Below are positions 56,231-64,000 of a stretch of DNA of 64,000 bases, piece by piece. The notes under the pieces were generated by a model. It did not search any database and was not told where the DNA came from. It worked only from the letters and a program-made list of their open reading frames with translations. How positions within the stretch are numbered: position 1 is the first letter of the stretch; each line of letters opens with the position of its first letter. A program made the position numbers and the translations under genes. Origin of the DNA: Octopus vulgaris (taxonomy: Eukaryota); the NCBI GenBank assembly GCA_951406725.2, contig OX597818.1, forward strand, positions 36,952,001-37,016,000, read 5' to 3'.

Positions 56231-56456
56231 ACTCTTTTACTTGTTTCAGTTATTTGAGCGCGACCATGCTGGAGCACCGCTTTTAGTCGAGCAAATCGAC
56301 CCCAGGACTTAGTCTTTGTAAGCCTAGTACATATTCTATCGGGTTCTTTTTGCCGAACCGCTAAGTCACGGGGACGTAAACACACCAGCATCGGTTTTCA
56401 AAAGATGTTGTCGGGAGTGGACAAACACAGACACACTAACATATACACACACATAC

Positions 56457-56521
<65 letters not shown>

Positions 56522-56647
56522 TACGATGGGTTTTTTTTCCGTTTCCGTCTACCGAGACTATAGTGGAAGACTCTTGCCTAAGGTGCCACGTAGTGTCACG
56601 GAACCCGGAACCACGTAGTGTCACTGAACACACAACTACTCCTGCGC

Positions 56648-56649
<2 letters not shown>
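56231..56649 (-). mobile_element. SINE family A with internal rearrangement
   Basis: Reverse complement of the 25641 copy; ccacgtagtgtcac duplicated. Confidence 0.85.
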
Positions 56650-56702
<53 letters not shown>

Positions 56703-56706
<4 letters not shown>

Positions 56707-56910
56707 ATCCAAACATGAAATCACAAAGAGAAAACACAACAACGCGAGAACGTGGGACAAGTATAGTATTATTGGACGCTCTGGAAAGGAAAGAAAGGAG
56801 GAGGATTTAACGTTTCGAGCGGAGCTCTTCGTCAGAAACATAGAAAAAGGAATGGTCCAAGGTAGGGAAGACGGAGGAAGAAAATCGCCAACGATACACA
56901 CGCGGTCATA
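56703..56910 (-). mobile_element. Hammerhead element family A with intact core
   Basis: Motif at 56839-56805: gttt-CTGACGA-a-gagc-tcc-gctc-GAAA-cg-TT-aaat. Confidence 0.82.
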
Positions 56911-56913
56911 TAT

Positions 56914-57219
56914 AATCAAGATATCATTGGACAAGCTTGCGATATACTTCTCGTTTTGGATATTTACTATTTCCTGTGAAACATATCTAGCCCGGATTTT
57001 ATCTACTCTATTCCTTAATTTTTTCTCTCCTTTTTCTCTCCATTTTTTTCTCTCCTTTTTTCTCTCCTTGTTTCTCTCCTTTTTTCAGTGTCCCTTTCTG
57101 TAGAAGATCGTAGGCTCGAAACGTAAAAGACTTTTTCTATTCCTGAACGTTATACTAATACATCTGTTTGTTTTGTACACCACCTGTCTTCGTCTTTTGT
57201 TGTTTTTTTCGTAAATTCT

Positions 57220-57272
<53 letters not shown>

Positions 57273-57827
57273 TGTATAAAGGTAAGATCCAAGGATCAAG
57301 GGGGTATAGAAAATTAGTGAGCTTCAAGCAATCCGTAGAAGGTATTTTTAAAAAGCATAGTGGTTTATCGGCACAGTTGTTTGTGAATTTTTCCCGTATC
57401 GAAGTACGATAAGCTGAAAAAAAAGTTATTTCTTAGGTCATGATTTGCAACTGGGATTGCTGAGTATGCGAATATAAATCCAAAATTGAGAAAGGGAGTG
57501 GATAAAATCCGGGCTACATATGTTTCACAGCAAGCGAAACAACGGACGTAGTAATTATCCGAAAGAAAAGAAAATGAATTTTATTTACATAAAGATAATC
57601 GATTATACTATTGACATTAAAAAATATATTCATTATTGGTATATGTATATATGCCTTTCTGTGTGCGTGTGAATGTGTACATCGGTCTTTCATGTAATCA
57701 AGATATCACTGGACTGAAGACAAGCTTGCGATATACTCCTCGTTTTGAATAATTACTATTTCCGAGGTTCCGCTTCCTGTGAAACATATCTAGCCCGAAT
57801 TTTATCTACTCCATTCCTTAATTTTGA
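56914..57827. repeat. Direct/inverted/direct triplet of a ~120-bp Penelope-like segment
   Basis: ctgtgaaacatatctagccc at ~56974 and ~57777; inverted gggctacatatgtttcacag at 57511-57530. Confidence 0.75.
57030..57222 (+). mobile_element. Hammerhead-like element family B
   Basis: cttt-CTGTAGA-a-gatc-gtag-gctc-GAAA-cg-TA-aaag at 57094-57129; abuts (TA)n. Confidence 0.72.
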
Positions 57828-57851
57828 TATATATAGATATAGATAGATAGA

Positions 57852-58135
57852 TATGTTTCTTTATTAGCCACACAGGGCTGCACACAGACGGGACAGATTA
57901 CAAAGTAGAGCTTCTCTTTTTGGGGAGAGGAAAAAAAAGTGGGGTAGGTTTTCGATCAAAAGGGATCGTAAAAGAGAAAGAAAACAAAACGATTAATATT
58001 GATCGTGTATCACAGAAATGTCATGATGTAAAGTGTAAAGGGGGAAGCAAATAAGAATTATTCGTCGAAAGAAAAGCCTACGGAAAAGATCACGGTAACC
58101 TCGGTCAATAATGTTACATGTTACCACATTTGTTT
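57852..58135 (-). mobile_element. Probable LINE 3' UTR embedded in (GATA)n
   Basis: Minus strand ends cagccctgtgtggctaataaagaaac then (CTAT)n; related copy at 58285-58412. Confidence 0.55.
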
Positions 58136-58140
58136 GCAAG

Positions 58141-58176
<36 letters not shown>

Positions 58177-58183
58177 TATGTAT

Positions 58184-58283
<100 letters not shown>

Positions 58284-58284
58284 C

Positions 58285-58412
58285 TTACTTTCTTTATTGG
58301 TCACACAGGGCTGAACACAAAGGGGAGAAATACAAAAGTAGCGCTTTTCTTTTCGAAAATGAAAAAGAAAAAGGGGAAAAAATGAGAAAATAAGTAAAAT
58401 GCCGATCAAAAG
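58285..58412 (-). mobile_element. Second (GATA)n-embedded 3' UTR fragment
   Basis: tttctttattggtcacacagggctg matches 57855-57880. Confidence 0.55.
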
Positions 58413-58440
58413 GTATAGATAGATAGACAGACAGACACAC

Positions 58441-58522
<82 letters not shown>

Positions 58523-58594
58523 GTATGCGTACACAGTCGTGTACATGGTATGCATTGTGTATGTCCATATTTCATGTACATACACACAAACCTG

Positions 58595-58636
<42 letters not shown>

Positions 58637-58911
58637 AGTGTGCGTGTATACGTGTATGTGTGTGATATGTGTTTGCAAATTGTTATTATGAGTGTGTATG
58701 TGTGTACAAATATTCATAAGTGGCCAGATTGGAGCAATCTCAATCAGCCGAAATTGCGAGGATGATCTGGTTCTTGACTGAGGATACAAAGCTTCGAATG
58801 ACCCGTCCTTATTTTTAGTTTTTTTTTTTTTGTATCGTCTATCTGGATGTTTTGCGTTCTTGTCCTATTTTGTATTTTATGAACCATCCGATCTTCTGAT
58901 TACCTCATTTC

Positions 58912-58940
<29 letters not shown>

Positions 58941-58953
<13 letters not shown>

Positions 58954-59447
58954 TGTAGTTGTGTGAGTGTCTGTCCCCTTCGATTTAGATTCCTAACTAC
59001 TCCCACATTTTGCGGTGCAGTTTAACAAAATTCGGGTATCTTATAGTCGTGATTCATATCGAGCCCGTCTGAGTATTAGCGCGCGTCTACGATGAGTCTA
59101 CGATTTTAAAATAATTTAACATCATTTTTTATTCCATTTTAATGCATAATTTTTCGTGTGTCGATGGCGGCGGAGTTGGCGTCCATGGTCACACCTGCAC
59201 CTGTTTGCTTCTCCCCCTTCTTCCCTCCCTCGTGAAGCTGTGGGGAAGGGAGTGTAAGGAAATCAACGTCGTAAAGCGTTGTCAAGGAGACCAGCGTTCT
59301 TTTAGAACAACGACTTCATGGCTTGAAGACACCAAAACAGAAATGGCTAAGAAAGCCCGAATTGGCATCTATAAGGGAAGTAACTCTCTAAAAATGCTTA
59401 TATAGTTATTTCCCTTACAAACCCGAGCAACGCCGGGCGATACTGCT

Positions 59448-59449
<2 letters not shown>
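58941..59449 (+). mobile_element. Non-autonomous Helitron, copy of 20654-21165
   Basis: Near-identical reverse complement; 3' hairpin then CTTG|T; 5' end merges with (TA)n. Confidence 0.88.
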
Positions 59450-59496
<47 letters not shown>

Positions 59497-62400
59497 CGGC
59501 TTAAGTATACTTTGTTCTCTTATGTATATATATATATATATATACATATATGCGCGCGCGTGTGTGTGTAATGATATAGTTTTTAAAAATTCCTTACAAG
59601 TCAAATTATATTTAGAAGGAAGAAAAATGTAGTGAAATCTTTATGATAAAACTTGAATGTTCAAGTAACCGGTTTCATATTTGTAAAGATTGTCATTGGC
59701 TTTGTAATTAACCATGCTATACTTTCATAATTTCAAGGCTAGATATTATTAACTGCCATAGGGAAATATATAAATGACTACTGTTAACAGTAATAGCAGA
59801 GACAATGAATGAAGTATTAGAGGTTCTTCGATAAATTATAATTAATTAATATTAATATTAATTCAGTAAATATCAATCAATTATACTTAAACCTGGTTGA
59901 TAGTTTTTCAGTTAATGAAAGCTCTTTATTCCCTTGCTTTTGTTCATATATCCAATAACTTCAGTGTTGGGAATAATTTTTTCAAATTTAGTTAACTATT
60001 AGTAGCATATGTATCAATATATGTTCACTGAAAGATATATGCCAGTACCTGGGAAATTGAATTTGCTCTCTTTGTAACGTGATTCCTTTTCTTAAGGTCA
60101 TTCTCATTGATCATTAATGGGTACTTATTATTCTCTTTGATGATTTTGGTTATCTTTTGTCTTTTAAAATAATATGTATCTATAAACCCTATTCATTCTG
60201 GCAACCATTTTTTCATTTTTCAGCATCGTCACATTTTGCTTTTGTTTCTGGTTTTTTTTGGGGGGGGTTTCTAGGATTGTGAGTATGGTAGCATTTACAA
60301 TTTATCCAGTATCAAAGGAAAGCTAGTTGATAAAGTCTTTCAAAAAGAGTAACTTTTAGTCGTTGAAGCTCTATATCACGAGTAATTTTATTGGATACAA
60401 ATATGCATAAATTAAATTTTTCGTATATTTCGGGCGAATTGAAATAAAGAGTAGATATTGTTTCGAGTATGTAGGTTTTTAACATATGTCTGTTCCAATT
60501 ATATTTTTGACTTTCACTACTTAGATATCTAAAACTGACAATGTTTCTTGACTGTATTTCATTGTAAATCAAATAGTATTATTTGTTACTTTACTTAATA
60601 GTTTAAAGTTAATTTTTCTATGCTTTCATTCTCTAAATTAAGGCAATAGTCCAGAATCTTTTTTCCAATATCATATTGATAGAAAGCTTGCGTGTTTGCG
60701 TTGCGAATCTTAATACATTGTAACTTCCGTGTACCCCATGCGTAAAGCTTCGTAATTTGTGGTTGCTTTGATTCCAGTCGCAGTTCCGGATTTTCGTCGG
60801 TAAAAAGGCTGTAAGATTATTTATAATTTTCTGCTGGCTGTATTTTTAGCCTTGTAATATTTTCCAGGGAAGATATAAAAATATTTTTATGATATTCATT
60901 AACTACTAATATAACTGTACTCCATTTATCGGCTTCTTAAATTGTCATGTAACTATAATTTTTTCAATTCAATTATATTTTCGTATTCATTAGTGATAAA
61001 ATTTGACTTAATTCCTTGTCTGTGTAAGATATCACATTGAAAGTAGAAAACATTCACTTTTGGTGAAGAACATAAGCTACATTTGTTTAAACAAGCAATT
61101 CGTCAGTGTTATTCTTATCAAATAATTCTTTTGTGGGTCGCACTTTTTCAACTTAATTCTGAAACATGGCCTTAAATTTCATTGTAATCAAAATCTCCAA
61201 GGGTTCGTGGTAAATTTTAGTCTTTTTTTGCTAGTATTAGTGTATATTGTTAATGTCTTTGATGAGTTTATAATCAATTATTTTGGTTAGTTCATTTGTT
61301 TGGTTCTACTGAGTATTTCTGTTCCTCTGCACAGGGCCAAGAAACGATTACTTTAATTTGCCTTGAATTATCAGTATTTCTGGTTCTATTTGTGTTCTTC
61401 GCAGCAAAGTTAACCGCCTGAAGTTGTTAAATGGAGATTCGGATTCTGCGCACCTTGGACAAGTTTCAAAGCTATCTATTTGATTACTTTTCATTGTTGA
61501 AGAAAAGTTGATACTTCTATCTTGAAAATCATTTCTTGTTATTGACCTATTCGTGAGTTACTTATGTCTTTTTAACGATTGACATAAAATTTTGAAGATG
61601 ACCATTTTCTTTTTCTTTTTTTTTTTTCTGCACTGTTCCAAATGCTTATAATTTGATCTTTCTAAAAGCTGCTTGATCGCTTCTGCACAGGTTTATTCCC
61701 ATTTATTTTCTTCAGATCTTCAAGAACAGGTTTTTGAAATTGTGCTGCTTTTGAATTCAGCTTCATAATTGTGAAACCAGATATTTCTCAGCGTTGAAAC
61801 AAGTCAAATTCCTCAGGTTTATATTCCCCCAGTTTTGAAACTTTGTCTGTAAGTAATTCATCTGCTTTTTTTTCTTGTTTTCTATTTTATTGAATTCAGC
61901 ATATATTTGTTCATCGATGGTTTTGAATTATTATCTATTCCTTGATGCTCTCAATTTTAGCACTTCTATTTCCATCTTTGTTTGGTTTAATGAGGTTTCT
62001 CCTTAGACATTTTTACCATCCTGGTTCATTCCAAATCAATTTTATCTGTAGAGTTCGTAAAAAAAAACTATGGTGAAGTCATCGAACGTTCATCTATTTC
62101 TGCTTTGCTATTGTGTTTTAACCATGTTCTAAAAAGCAAAATTTTCTGGTAACCAAGTATTTTGTTCCATTGTTGGCCATTTTTGGCTTTTAATTAAATA
62201 CACTAATCTTGCTATATTTTCATCATTTCTGTTGTTTCTTTGATATCCATTTTGCTCGGATTTACTTAAGAATACTAAACGTATTGTTCTGTATAATTGT
62301 TCTAAAATTTCCATTGACCTGATATGTAAAGTTTTTTTCGTTCCTCCATTTCCTTCAGTTTTCACGTAAAATGATGCAATTCATCAAATTTGTCAATTAT

Positions 62401-62524
62401 TACGAGATTTGAACTGATTTACTTTAATCCCTTTATAAATAGTTGGCATTCGTTTAAAAATATCGACCACATTAAAATATCTATAATTAATCAATGAGTA
62501 GGCATTCAATTATATCCATATTTA

Positions 62525-62704
62525 TTGTTGTCGCTGTTGTTGTTGTTGTTATTATTGGTGGTGGTGGTGGTTGTGGTGGTGGTGGTAGTGGTTATGGTGG
62601 TGGTGGTGGTGGTGGTGGTGGTGGTGGTGGTGGTGGTGGTGCTACTGCTGATGATGATGATGAAGATGATTAGAATGATGATGAGGAGGATAATGATGAT
62701 GATG
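62525..62704. repeat. Compound (GTT)(GGT)(GAT)n repeat
   Basis: Direct inspection. Confidence 0.92.
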
Positions 62705-62705
62705 T

Positions 62706-62940
62706 GGCGAGCTGGCTGAAACGTTAGCACGCCGGGCGAAATGCATAGCCGTATTTCGTCTGCTGTTACGTTTTGAGTTCAAATTCCGTCGAGGTCGACC
62801 TTGCCTTTCATCCTTTCGGGGTCGATAAATTAAGTACCAGTTACACACGGGGGTCAATGTAATCGACTTAATCCGTTTGTCTGTCCTTGTTTGTCCCCTC
62901 TGTGTTTAGCTCCTTGTGGGCAGTAAAGAAATAGAAATAG
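62706..62940 (+). mobile_element. SINE family M inserted in (GAT)n
   Basis: Near-identical to 2778-3005; gatgatgatgt occurs on both sides. Confidence 0.9.
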
Positions 62941-64000
62941 ATGATGATGATGATGATGATGATGTGGTGGTTAAAGCAATATGTTCGCTTCGAGTCGATC
63001 GGATGTCTCATTTTATATTCAAAAATTTTGCTCCGTGTACCGCATAAAGCCCAAAAGATTTTGAGGAACACCATATCTCCGTTATATTTTTGCCCTTCAA
63101 GGCGGAATTTGTGATTAGTTCCGTAAAATCACTCATTTCCTTAAAATATTTTGAGTAAACAAAGCGTCGAATTTTTTTACCAATTAAAGGTTGGAAAAGC
63201 CGTCTTGACACTACAGTCTCCAACTTTGAAACAAAGCGTCACAAATGGTTCAGATCTTCTTGAGGGAAGTGTTTGTACAATATAGTATGTCAAAGGTTTC
63301 TATCATAATAGTTACTGAGAGACAAACAGTCAACTGAAATTTTGAACGGGTCACATTCTGTCTCTGATGCAGATTTGAGCTCTTTACCAAGGCATTTAAC
63401 ACACACTAGCCCATTATACCTAACTGTATAGAAATACCTCAGTACTGCAAGGAATGATACTACGTACAATTAAACAGTGTTTCGTAATCTTGAGGTGTTC
63501 AGTTCAAGAGACACTGAAATCGGTTGGCTCTCTTGAAGAATTATCTATTTGTGGTCTATTTCCTCAGTTAAGAAGAAAAAATGTAGGCTCAATGACCGCG
63601 CATTTACGCGCGGGTAATAATCAAATTTTCTATAATAACAATTCCATTATGTCTTTTAGATAACATATTTAATTTTATTTGCATAGCAAGAAACTAGCTA
63701 ATATGTCTTCGAGGTTTGACCTAGTGTCTTATCCAAGGGATATAGATTTGTTTCTCAACCACTTAATATTACCAGATTCAGAATTAAATAGTTTGGTCCG
63801 TAAAATTGATGCTTTAATACATAAATGATGTTCATTTTATTGACTCTCGGAAGAAAAACATAAAAGTAATAATGATTCCTACTAAGTTCGAAAGTGAGAG
63901 TGAGATCCAAAAGAGAAGCGGCTGTAATGCAATATATGGTATGATGGTTTATTAGGCAAGCACTAAGCCTCGTAATTGTGAAGTGATGAGCACTTGAGAT

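Overview
AT-rich, repeat-saturated animal non-coding DNA (intergenic or large intron); the SINE repertoire suggests an octopus, which is an inference. No host protein-coding gene can be supported: nearly all listed ORFs are translations of (TA)n, (CA)n, (CATA)n, (GATA)n or (TAA)n microsatellites or of SINEs. The window holds at least four tRNA-derived SINE families (some with clear target-site duplications), decayed LINE fragments (RTE, CR1, R4/Dong-like), Tc1/mariner relics (classical mariner, DD41D, maT-like, Tc2-like MITE) and non-autonomous Helitrons. The most notable signal is a set of short (TA)n-anchored elements carrying minimal type-I hammerhead ribozyme motifs (CUGANGA-stem II-GAAA-palindromic stem III-UH), resembling Penelope-like pseudo-LTRs or retrozymes. 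Several are built as fold-backs, including a perfect 214-bp palindrome that sits next to a centre-deleted duplicate of itself. Family names come from motif recognition only; no database search was run.
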